Virus record (IMG/VR): IMGVR_UViG_3300030390_001877
Coordinates: 32,001 to 96,000 of that record
Strand: one strand, 5' to 3'
DNA from: a virus
Length of the DNA stretch: 64,000 nucleotides
A model generated the notes under the pieces. It was not told the origin of the DNA and ran no database searches. It saw only the letters and a program-made list of their open reading frames with translations. Made by a program: the position numbers and the translations under genes. Positions 1 to 7,202 of the stretch are shown here, one piece after another. The number at the start of each line of letters is the position of its first letter. The first letter of the stretch is position 1.

Positions 1-284
1 GCATCTGATGTCTCTCGGAAATGAACTTCTCGTAAAGGTGCTCCGTTATGTAAACGAACAGCGTCTTGGAAACTAATATGCTTAGGGTAATATTTATATA
101 AATCAACTAACCCTTTAGGTGCGTAGAAACCTCCTAAACCTTTTACTTTGTTGGGAGAGAATAAGTAACCTAAGTGTGCCATAAACAACACTAAACTATC
201 TAGTTGAAGATTAATAGTGTGAATAGGGATCTCTCTCGCAGTAACTTCTTCTTTAAAACTTTGTGTATAAAATTCTTTGTTCAT
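1..284 (-). CDS. hypothetical protein, 3'-truncated by window edge
   Basis: ATG at 284 overlaps the stop of 281..514; frame is open to base 1 (MNKEFYTQSFKEEV...). Confidence 0.6.
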   Translation of the reverse strand, partial: MNKEFYTQSFKEEVTAREIPIHTINLQLDSLVLFMAHLGYLFSPNKVKGLGGFYAPKGLVDLYKYYPKHISFQDAVRLHNGAPLREVHFRETSD

Positions 285-514
285 AATAATTCCTTATTTA
301 ATAAGTGTAAGCTCATCATATCCCAGTTATAATCAAGAATCAACTTGTAAATCATATTTTCTGCAACAGAGTTATCTTCTTCATTCCAAAGTTCATGATA
401 TTTAGAAGAGTCTTTCATAAAACAACATAAGAAAGCTTGCCCAAGACGATAGCTCGCAGAAGGATACTTCTTGTAATAAAGATGTTTGAAATCAAAGTAT
501 GACATAGTTTTCAT
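281..514 (-). CDS. hypothetical protein
   Basis: 77 aa, translationally coupled to its neighbours. Confidence 0.7.
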   Translation of the reverse strand: MKTMSYFDFKHLYYKKYPSASYRLGQAFLCCFMKDSSKYHELWNEEDNSVAENMIYKLILDYNWDMMSLHLLNKELL

Positions 515-792
515 AACCCTTTCTCCTCACATAATTTCTCATACCAATTGTACACATCATTTAAGCAAAGGTAAATATCTGTTTCAGAATAATCTTCTAA
601 GAATTTAACTGTTACACGAAGTCTCCACCCTGACAAATGTACACGTTCTAGTTCATAGGGTTCTCTCGTCCAACCCCAATTACCTTGAATAATACTAGCC
701 TTGAAAGATTCCTCTTCTTGGAAGATACATTCTATAAGAGTTTTAGCTGTTTGTTGCATTGCAACGAATTCTTCTGATGTAATTGTTTTCAT
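511..792 (-). CDS. hypothetical protein
   Basis: 93 aa; AGGAG SD; downstream of a sigma70-like promoter. Confidence 0.75.
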   Translation of the reverse strand: MKTITSEEFVAMQQTAKTLIECIFQEEESFKASIIQGNWGWTREPYELERVHLSGWRLRVTVKFLEDYSETDIYLCLNDVYNWYEKLCEEKGL

Positions 793-819
793 AATCGTTC
801 TCCTGTTTCGATAAATATA

Positions 820-848
820 ATACTACCCGTAAGGTTATTTGTTGTCAA
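820..848 (-). promoter_or_regulatory. sigma70-like promoter
   Basis: TTGACA-N17-TAGTAT. Confidence 0.7.
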
Positions 849-1156
849 CCAGTACTTGTAAAAGAATTCCAAAACCTTTTACAAAAATCTAAATCTTCCT
901 TAGAATACCTTCTACTACTCCAGTCTAAAAACTCTTCACAAGATATTCTGTTTGTGAGGATCTGCTCTACAACATCCTCTACTGGACGGGAATGACACTT
1001 CTTACAAGGAACAAATCCTGTACCAGAGAAATACCCTCCGAAATGTTGTTCTCCTTTTAGAAAGGCTTCTACACAACAGTCTGGATACCCGTAATATTTA
1101 CCCCACATTCTCCATACGTGTAATGTTTCTTCTGGGATGTTATTTCTGCTTGGCAT
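845..1156 (-). CDS. hypothetical Cys-rich protein
   Basis: 103 aa with YGYPDCC and CKKCH motifs. Confidence 0.7.
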   Translation of the reverse strand: MPSRNNIPEETLHVWRMWGKYYGYPDCCVEAFLKGEQHFGGYFSGTGFVPCKKCHSRPVEDVVEQILTNRISCEEFLDWSSRRYSKEDLDFCKRFWNSFTSTG

Positions 1157-1168
1157 GTTACTCTCCTC

Positions 1169-1492
1169 TTAGTAAGGTGGTCTATCTTTAGGTGGCAAAT
1201 GTTTAATATGTTTCCATTTACAATGATGCTCTTGGTTTTTAGTATGGTCGTAAGGTTTGAAATGATTACCCTTTACAGTATCGAAACATTCTTTCCATCT
1301 TATAGGTTGGTTACAAGTTGAACAATTACCAAACCCTTTAAAACCGCAATCATGTTTATAATGAGGAGGGAAACCTTCTTCATAGTTCCACAACTCCCAT
1401 TTAGGGTTCTCTTTTATAGTAGATACATCTACCCACTTAACGTTACAACTTCCACAATACTTACAGCACGTACCCATTGTTACTCTCCTCAA
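1169..1492 (-). CDS. putative Zn-binding protein with two similar modules
   Basis: CKYCG...KW...HDC and CSTCN...RW...HHC. Confidence 0.6.
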   Translation of the reverse strand: MRRVTMGTCCKYCGSCNVKWVDVSTIKENPKWELWNYEEGFPPHYKHDCGFKGFGNCSTCNQPIRWKECFDTVKGNHFKPYDHTKNQEHHCKWKHIKHLPPKDRPPY

Positions 1493-1508
1493 AAATGAAT
1501 CTCACACA

Positions 1509-1536
1509 ATAATAACACCATTCTTAAAACAGTCAA
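1509..1536 (-). promoter_or_regulatory. sigma70-like promoter (divergent pair, leftward)
   Basis: TTGACT-N16-TATTAT with TGn extension. Confidence 0.55.
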
Positions 1537-1571
1537 CCTTTAAATAAGATTATTTCTATGAAAAGTTTTAT

Positions 1572-1600
1572 TTGACAAGGGAGGATTCTTTGTGTAGGAT
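1572..1600 (+). promoter_or_regulatory. sigma70-like promoter (divergent pair, rightward)
   Basis: TTGACA-N17-TAGGAT with TGn extension. Confidence 0.7.
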
Positions 1601-1629
1601 TGTTGGAAATTGATTAGAGGAGATACATT

Positions 1630-1883
1630 ATGGTAGAGTTTATTATTTGGTACGTGATGGGTTTGGTGGGCTGTTTGTTAACCGATTACGTAGAGTGTAA
1701 GATTGTGAATAGGGATTATGAAAAATATAAATACGATTCTAAAACAACTATAACTTATTTAGGAGGTGTACGCCCCCTGCTTACCTTGTATTAGTATTTT
1801 CTGTATTCGGAATAATAACTTTTGCAATCGGGTTGAATAGTATGTACAATTATTTGAAAGGTAACTATGGGGAATTTGAATGA
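1630..1883 (+). pseudogene. small membrane protein, apparently frameshifted
   Basis: ATG at 1630 with SD gives 54 aa. The -1 frame near the C5 run (~1773) encodes a hydrophobic helix ending at a TGA that overlaps the next ATG. Confidence 0.45.
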
Positions 1884-2122
1884 ACAAAGCACTTTTAATA
1901 GAACAAATAGCCCTTCAAGCGGGAATCTCTGTTGAAGAAGCAAACTTTGCTTTAGAAAAGTTTGAAGAAGCAATGAAATCTTTTGACGAAGGGAGATCTT
2001 CTTATGAACTATTAGTGGATAGTCTTTCAGAATACACTACACCAAAAGATGATCTACTTTACCAAGAGCCTTTGTGGGTGAGAGATCAACAGAATAAAAC
2101 TTTTAAGAGAGGTAAACAATAA
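1880..2122 (+). CDS. protein with HU/IHF-like N-terminal helices
   Basis: MNKALLIEQIALQAGISVEEANFALE resembles HU [26 protein letters not shown]; the beta-arm region is absent. Confidence 0.5.
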   Translation: MNKALLIEQIALQAGISVEEANFALEKFEEAMKSFDEGRSSYELLVDSLSEYTTPKDDLLYQEPLWVRDQQNKTFKRGKQ

Positions 2123-2466
2123 TGACAGATTCAACTTTTACAGAAAACACACTTGAACGAATTGCATCTTTGGAAGAAGAGAACCGTCTCTTAAGGAAAG
2201 CCCTCTCTTTGGAAGAGTCTTATTGTTCTCGTGCAGAACAAGAAAACTACGAGATATGGAAACTTTCCCATACAATGGGATTCTATAAAGAATTAGTGTC
2301 TGTTTTGGAGAAGGGTAGCAGTGAGAAAGATGTGAACCTTTTTATAGAGTATATGGGATCTGAGGGGTATGTAGGAGAGGATGAATACGATAAGGAAGGT
2401 CGTCGTAGCTTAGAGGAACACAAAGAGCGTCAAGAGGCTTACAATTCGTTTGAGGAGGACATGTGA
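2122..2466 (+). CDS. hypothetical coiled-coil protein
   Basis: 114 aa, acidic, heptad-like N-terminus. Confidence 0.7.
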   Translation: MTDSTFTENTLERIASLEEENRLLRKALSLEESYCSRAEQENYEIWKLSHTMGFYKELVSVLEKGSSEKDVNLFIEYMGSEGYVGEDEYDKEGRRSLEEHKERQEAYNSFEEDM

Positions 2467-2555
2467 TGGAAGAGTATACTGAGGAAAGTTTCAACTTGAC
2501 ATACCCAAAGTTTAAAATATTTTATAAAGTGTTACAAAACCAGCAACAGATGGAA
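2463..2555 (+). pseudogene. 5' part of a small ORF interrupted by the TnpB element
   Basis: Joining at the shared GGAA (2552-2555 / 3892-3895) restores ...QQQMERLILLR-stop followed by the AGGAGG SD of the next gene. Confidence 0.4.
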
Positions 2556-3893
2556 CATTTACATTTGTTTTCTGTGAAAACATGTTATATGTTAAAGAAG
2601 GATTTACTTAACCTAAAAGGAGGTTGTTATGTTTTTAGCCCATAAGGTCGAACTGAGGCCTTCTAAAGAACAACAAGAAAAATTACTACAATGGATTGGA
2701 ACAACCCGACATTGTTTTAATAATTTACTAAGTAACTTTTCTAAAGAAGGTGTTAAGTTTTCTAAGAAAACTGCTAGGGAATACCTTTATAACACGTTAC
2801 GTGTTGATAATGAATGGTATTCTGACATAAGTCAGGAAATCTTACGAGAAACTATCAATGATTTAGAAAACGCTTACAAACGTTTCTTTAAGAAACTTGG
2901 AGGTTATCCAAGATTCAAGAAACGTGGAAGTAAAGCTTCTTTCTCTGTAAGAGACAAGGCTAAGTTTAAAGTAGAAGGTAGAAATCTTTACTTAGAAAAG
3001 TTTAATAAAGGTAAAGAGGGTAAGCCTTTAAAGTTACGTGAGAAACTTCGTTTCGAAGGGACTCCTAAGCAGGTCACCATTTCTTTCCAGAATGGAAAGT
3101 GGTGGGCTTCTATCTTAGTGGAAGGTTGCTCCAATTATAAAGGTAGTTTTCCGCAAAGCGGGGAAGCAGGGATTGATTTAGGTATTAAAGATTTAGCTAC
3201 ATTGTCTGATGGAACTACGTTCCAAAAGAGTAATAAGCTAACATTAAGTTTAAAGAAGTTATCTAAACTTCAAAGAGTATTTTCTAAGAAGAAGAAAGGT
3301 TCTAATCGTAGAGCGAAAGCCAAGCTTTCGATTAGTAAGCTTCATTTTAGAATAAAGAAACAACGTGAAGCATTGCTTCACAACGTAAGCCATACTATTA
3401 CATCTAAATATAAAACAATCTGCTTAGAAGATTTGTCTATCTCGTCTATGACGAAAGGTAAGAATAAGTCATTAAACAGAATGATTTTAGATGTAGGTAT
3501 GTATGAGTTGCGTAGGCAACTAGAGTATAAATCTTTTCTGAGAGGTGTTGACATCCACTTCGTGGATAGGTATTATCCTTCAAGTAAACTACATTATGAG
3601 TGTGGCTTTAAGAATGACAACCTTAAATTAGGAGAATCTAATTGGAAGTGTGGTAACTGTGGTCAACAAGTTGACCGAGATTTAAATGCTTCCAAGAATA
3701 TCCTAAAAGAAGGGGTGAAACACTTACGTGTTTAAAGTATAAATTGTGGACGTAGTTCACGAGAGGAGACAGGTACAAGCTTCTCTATAATCCCTACGGA
3801 GTAGGAAATGTAATCCTTAATTTATTAAGTTGTTTCTGTTAATTACGTAGATAACCTAACGAATGTTTCATTCGTTGCGGTTTTATGTATCGG
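2552..3893 (+). mobile_element. non-autonomous IS607-like element (tnpB only)
   Basis: tnpB with no tnpA; GG(AA) at both inferred junctions; subterminal hairpin AACGAATG-TTT-CATTCGTT at 3858-3876; element ends in CGG. Confidence 0.65.
2629..3735 (+). CDS. tnpB: RNA-guided endonuclease TnpB (IS607-type)
   Basis: N-terminal AHKVELRP; RuvC I GIDLG, RuvC II CLEDL, RuvC III DRDLNAS; Zn ribbon HYECG...CGNCG. Confidence 0.95.
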   Translation: MFLAHKVELRPSKEQQEKLLQWIGTTRHCFNNLLSNFSKEGVKFSKKTAREYLYNTLRVDNEWYSDISQEILRETINDLENAYKRFFKKLGGYPRFKKRGSKASFSVRDKAKFKVEGRNLYLEKFNKGKEGKPLKLREKLRFEGTPKQVTISFQNGKWWASILVEGCSNYKGSFPQSGEAGIDLGIKDLATLSDGTTFQKSNKLTLSLKKLSKLQRVFSKKKKGSNRRAKAKLSISKLHFRIKKQREALLHNVSHTITSKYKTICLEDLSISSMTKGKNKSLNRMILDVGMYELRRQLEYKSFLRGVDIHFVDRYYPSSKLHYECGFKNDNLKLGESNWKCGNCGQQVDRDLNASKNILKEGVKHLRV

Positions 3894-3913
3894 AAAGATT
3901 GATTTTATTAAGA
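3736..3913 (+). ncRNA. putative TnpB omega-RNA (scaffold plus ~20-nt guide)
   Basis: About 160 nt non-coding, hairpin-containing tract after tnpB; the predicted guide is flank 3894-3913. The 5' end may lie inside tnpB. Confidence 0.55.
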
Positions 3914-3928
3914 TAAAGGAGGTTTGAG

Positions 3929-4537
3929 ATGAAGAGTTTTGAAGAAGATTTTTATACAGAGGATTATGATAAAGAGATGTTGGATTTTATCGAGGAGAAT
4001 TATTCTGTAGATAAGGTTAATGGTTGGGTTGTACAAGCCTCACTGATCCACCGTCACGGAGAGTTTTTCGTTTCAAGATACGATGGTAAAGATCGTGGTC
4101 TGGAACTCTTAACAAAAGAACAATTTAAGGAGAAGATTGGTATGACAGAAAATCTTACAAATAAGATTACTCCATCTGATGAGGGCGTGTTTACGAAAGA
4201 TATGCTTAAAGATGGTATGTTCGTTAAAATGAAGGGGAATATTTACATGGTGCTTGGGAAAGTATTATGTTCTTATGACCGTTATATTTTATTAGAAGAT
4301 TATGATGATGGTTTGAACGATAATGAAGAAGAAGTGTGGAATATCCAAGAAGTGTATATAGTAGAAGGAGAGGATAATATTGCGCCATTAAACTATTTCC
4401 TCAGCGGTAATGGTTTAAAATCTATCTGGAAACGTCCTCCAGAGAAAACCCTTGCACAAAAACACCTTGAGGAGAAGATTGCTATTACAAGAAAGCACCT
4501 TCTGGAATTAGAGAAACTTTTAGAGGAGAATTCTTAA
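3929..4537 (+). CDS. hypothetical protein
   Basis: 202 aa; AGGAGG SD. Confidence 0.75.
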   Translation: MKSFEEDFYTEDYDKEMLDFIEENYSVDKVNGWVVQASLIHRHGEFFVSRYDGKDRGLELLTKEQFKEKIGMTENLTNKITPSDEGVFTKDMLKDGMFVKMKGNIYMVLGKVLCSYDRYILLEDYDDGLNDNEEEVWNIQEVYIVEGEDNIAPLNYFLSGNGLKSIWKRPPEKTLAQKHLEEKIAITRKHLLELEKLLEENS

Positions 4538-4746
4538 TGACACACGCACACGTACAAAAATGTATTGAATCTGGAAAGATCGATTCTGCAACAAAATTAC
4601 ATGTTACCCAAGAATGTAGGCGTGTGATGGATACCTATGCTGATGAGATGAGAAGGCTTAAACTAGAGATGCTTGAGGTGGAACAGGGTATTTCTGATGC
4701 AAAGGAAACTTTAGAGAAGGTAGCTGATTTGGAGGTGGTGTTGTGA
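4537..4746 (+). CDS. hypothetical coiled-coil protein
   Basis: 69 aa, stop/start overlap. Confidence 0.65.
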   Translation: MTHAHVQKCIESGKIDSATKLHVTQECRRVMDTYADEMRRLKLEMLEVEQGISDAKETLEKVADLEVVL

Positions 4747-5096
4747 GTTTTGATTACGGATATACATGTTATTATATTGACAAAGATATAGACTCTTTCA
4801 AGGAAGCATCCTTCGAAACGTGTAAATGGTTTGTGGAAAGTATCTACTCTGATGAAGGGATTGATATTTCCAAGGAGGCTATTCTTGCGAAGAGTAAGGA
4901 GCTTTCTGGTGAGTTGTATTCTGACGCAGAAGATATCTTCGAGAACACACGTTCTCATAACGAGGATATGCGTGGGGCTGCTGACTCTCAGATAAGTGAT
5001 TTGAAAGGGGGTATAGAAGACTTGGAAGAGAGGTGTCATTTGTTGGAAGAGGAAGTGGCTGCTTTGGAGAAAGAACTTGAGAGGATGAGTGAATGA
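4743..5096 (+). CDS. hypothetical coiled-coil protein
   Basis: 117 aa, GTGA overlap with the previous gene. Confidence 0.7.
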   Translation: MSFDYGYTCYYIDKDIDSFKEASFETCKWFVESIYSDEGIDISKEAILAKSKELSGELYSDAEDIFENTRSHNEDMRGAADSQISDLKGGIEDLEERCHLLEEEVAALEKELERMSE

Positions 5097-5353
5097 ATAA
5101 ATTAGATTATGAAAAACTAGGTAACCTTATTATGGAGAATGGTCTTGAGGGTGGAATGGGTTTATTCTTTTCTTACGAAGGAGAAGAACACTTTGCAGAA
5201 CAGGTGGAACTTTTAGAATTAGATTTATTTGCATCAACGGAATGCTTAGAACATGTGATCAAGCGGTTAATGTATAAGTATTTACAAGAATGGGGTAAAC
5301 AAGATAAAATAGAGGAAATCTTTCAACCTATGGTGGATATTTGTGATGAGTAA
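5093..5353 (+). CDS. hypothetical protein
   Basis: 86 aa, ATGA overlap. Confidence 0.7.
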   Translation: MNKLDYEKLGNLIMENGLEGGMGLFFSYEGEEHFAEQVELLELDLFASTECLEHVIKRLMYKYLQEWGKQDKIEEIFQPMVDICDE

Positions 5354-6071
5354 GATTAAATACTACAACAACAATCCGTGTAAAATATTACGTGAGGTTG
5401 GAGAAGGTTTTTCTGAGGTGGTTGTATTTCCTCATGTACAAGATATAGAGTTACAAGGAAGTGAGTGGTGTACCGCTTGTCAAGTGGGTGGTATGGACGG
5501 AGCTTATCCTTCTCATGAATGTGAACCTTACCAAGAAGTGATTGACGTGGTTAATAGTTTGCGTGAAGAAGAGGGTGTAGTCATCATTGCTGATAATCGT
5601 CTTATCCAAGAGGAGATGGTTGAGTGGAAGGCTTGGAACTTGATTAAGAAACGTTGTGCAGAAATTACTGAATTACACAATGAAACTCGTAGGCAACGTA
5701 GTGACCTTCTTATAGAAACACACAGGTTACAAGAGAGTATTAAAACTTTACAAGAGGATGTCACTCTTTTAGAGGACACTAGAGAGAATATTCTTGTTAG
5801 GCTTAACGAGACTTTTGATAAATACGATACTATAAAAAGTGAACTTTCATCTGCACAAGATAAGCAAACTTCTGTGACGTTGGATTCTAATTTTAAAGTA
5901 GATTTATCTATAGATACGCTACGTAGTTTGATTGAATCAAGTATTAAATTGGAACAGCTTGAAAATGGTGGTGTGGATAATTGGGAATGGTACGGAGAGA
6001 GTGTTGATTGGGATAACCTTGATAATCTTGTAGATGAAGAATTGAAGAGTTATAAGGTGGAAATCTTATGA
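5343..6071 (+). CDS. hypothetical protein with long coiled coil
   Basis: 242 aa; central heptad region; C-terminal GVDNWEWY motif. Confidence 0.75.
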   Translation: MMSKIKYYNNNPCKILREVGEGFSEVVVFPHVQDIELQGSEWCTACQVGGMDGAYPSHECEPYQEVIDVVNSLREEEGVVIIADNRLIQEEMVEWKAWNLIKKRCAEITELHNETRRQRSDLLIETHRLQESIKTLQEDVTLLEDTRENILVRLNETFDKYDTIKSELSSAQDKQTSVTLDSNFKVDLSIDTLRSLIESSIKLEQLENGGVDNWEWYGESVDWDNLDNLVDEELKSYKVEIL

Positions 6072-6298
6072 GTGAAGAAGATATTATAAAGTTAATTAAA
6101 TCTACTATAAAGGAAAACCTTGAAGTAGATATTTATACTGAGAGTGCTAATACCATAGGTTCGAATGTTGTAGTGGAGTTAGCTTTTAAAGGAGAGGAGG
6201 AACCTTTTTATAGAAACATCTCTTACTTAACTGCGGACTACTCTGAGGAAGAGTGGATGGGCGATGTTAGTAAAGATGTTATCATAGAGATTTGTTAA
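6068..6298 (+). CDS. hypothetical protein
   Basis: 76 aa, coupled. Confidence 0.65.
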   Translation: MSEEDIIKLIKSTIKENLEVDIYTESANTIGSNVVVELAFKGEEEPFYRNISYLTADYSEEEWMGDVSKDVIIEIC

Positions 6299-6299
6299 T

Positions 6300-6614
6300 A
6301 TGAAAATAGCTTTAGATTACGATGAAACTTTTACAGCAGCACCTATCCTGTGGAAGATGTTTATTCAACTTGCAATACAATACGGGCACGATGTTAAGTT
6401 TGTAACATACAGAGATTCACGTTACAATAATGACGATATTTGTGCAGACGCTTATGATTGCAAGATAGATATTATTTTCACAAATGGTGTTCAGAAACAA
6501 CACGTTTACCAAGCGGATATCTGGATAGATGATTCTCCTGAGACAGTGGTATCTTATGAGAAGATGTTATCTATGTGTGAAGGGTGTGAATTGAGAGGAG
6601 ATACTGGTGAATAA
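6300..6614 (+). CDS. HAD-superfamily phosphatase / nucleotidase-like protein
   Basis: Motif I ALDYDET, motif II VT, motif IV WIDD. Confidence 0.8.
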   Translation: MKIALDYDETFTAAPILWKMFIQLAIQYGHDVKFVTYRDSRYNNDDICADAYDCKIDIIFTNGVQKQHVYQADIWIDDSPETVVSYEKMLSMCEGCELRGDTGE

Positions 6615-6903
6615 AACAATATACCGTTACACAGATGACTCTTGGATAGATGGACATGAAGACTGTTCTTGCTGCAGTGGGCTTCTTTTCGAAACATATA
6701 ATGCGGACGGATGGCCTCAGAATGGAAGTGCTTCTGATAAATGGGGACTTTATGTTGATGTGCTAGTTGCCCATAAAGCAAAAGAATTTGAAGAAGATTA
6801 TGTGGAGATGGGTAATTGGGCATACGGTCTCTATGAGGGATTAACCTTGGAAGAGTTGGCATCTTTGTGTGAGAGGTTGGGTGTAGTTTTGGAGGAGGTG
6901 TAG
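6607..6903 (+). CDS. hypothetical protein
   Basis: 98 aa with a CSCC motif. Confidence 0.7.
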   Translation: MNKTIYRYTDDSWIDGHEDCSCCSGLLFETYNADGWPQNGSASDKWGLYVDVLVAHKAKEFEEDYVEMGNWAYGLYEGLTLEELASLCERLGVVLEEV

Positions 6904-6904
6904 T

Positions 6905-7192
6905 TTGAGTGATGATTATAAAGTTGGCAGTTGTGTATGTTCTACTACAAATTTAACAGGATGTGGCATAGTTATTGCTATTAAAGAGAACTCTGAGGAT
7001 AAGAAAAATATTTTAGGAGAGTATCAATATCAAATTTTAACAGATTTTGGTAATATCATAAAACTTACTTATGAAGAGATTAATAATAACTATGAAGTAG
7101 TACGAGAAGATAATATCCGTGAAAGGTTTATTCGCCAAAAGGAATTACTTTTAGAGGCGGAAAATTACTTACATAAGTTGGATTTAATTTGA
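6905..7192 (+). CDS. hypothetical protein
   Basis: 95 aa, TTG start after GGAGG. Confidence 0.65.
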   Translation: MSDDYKVGSCVCSTTNLTGCGIVIAIKENSEDKKNILGEYQYQILTDFGNIIKLTYEEINNNYEVVREDNIRERFIRQKELLLEAENYLHKLDLI

Positions 7193-7202
7193 GGAGATTG
7201 AT

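Noticed and set aside
2552-2628. TnpB element as an IStron (intron-IS hybrid)
   Set aside because: Only ~75 nt lie between the inferred left end and tnpB, too short for a group I core, and no P7 motif is present.
2629-3735. TnpB as a nuclease-dead TldR transcription regulator
   Set aside because: All three RuvC acidic residues (D, E, D) are present.
4570-4586. Self-target for the predicted TnpB guide (TGG-AAAGATCGATT); also a 13-nt AT-rich match near 28896-28908
   Set aside because: The first has a mismatch at guide position 7 and diverges after position 11; the second lacks TAM and seed. Both are expected by chance in AT-rich DNA.
4635-5039. Antisense ORFs overlapping real genes (e.g. 4635..5039, 5528..5779, 7895..8194, 36158..36580, 44546..44992, 49860..50240)
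   Set aside because: They are shadow frames opposite well-supported, SD-led, coupled genes, with no motifs.
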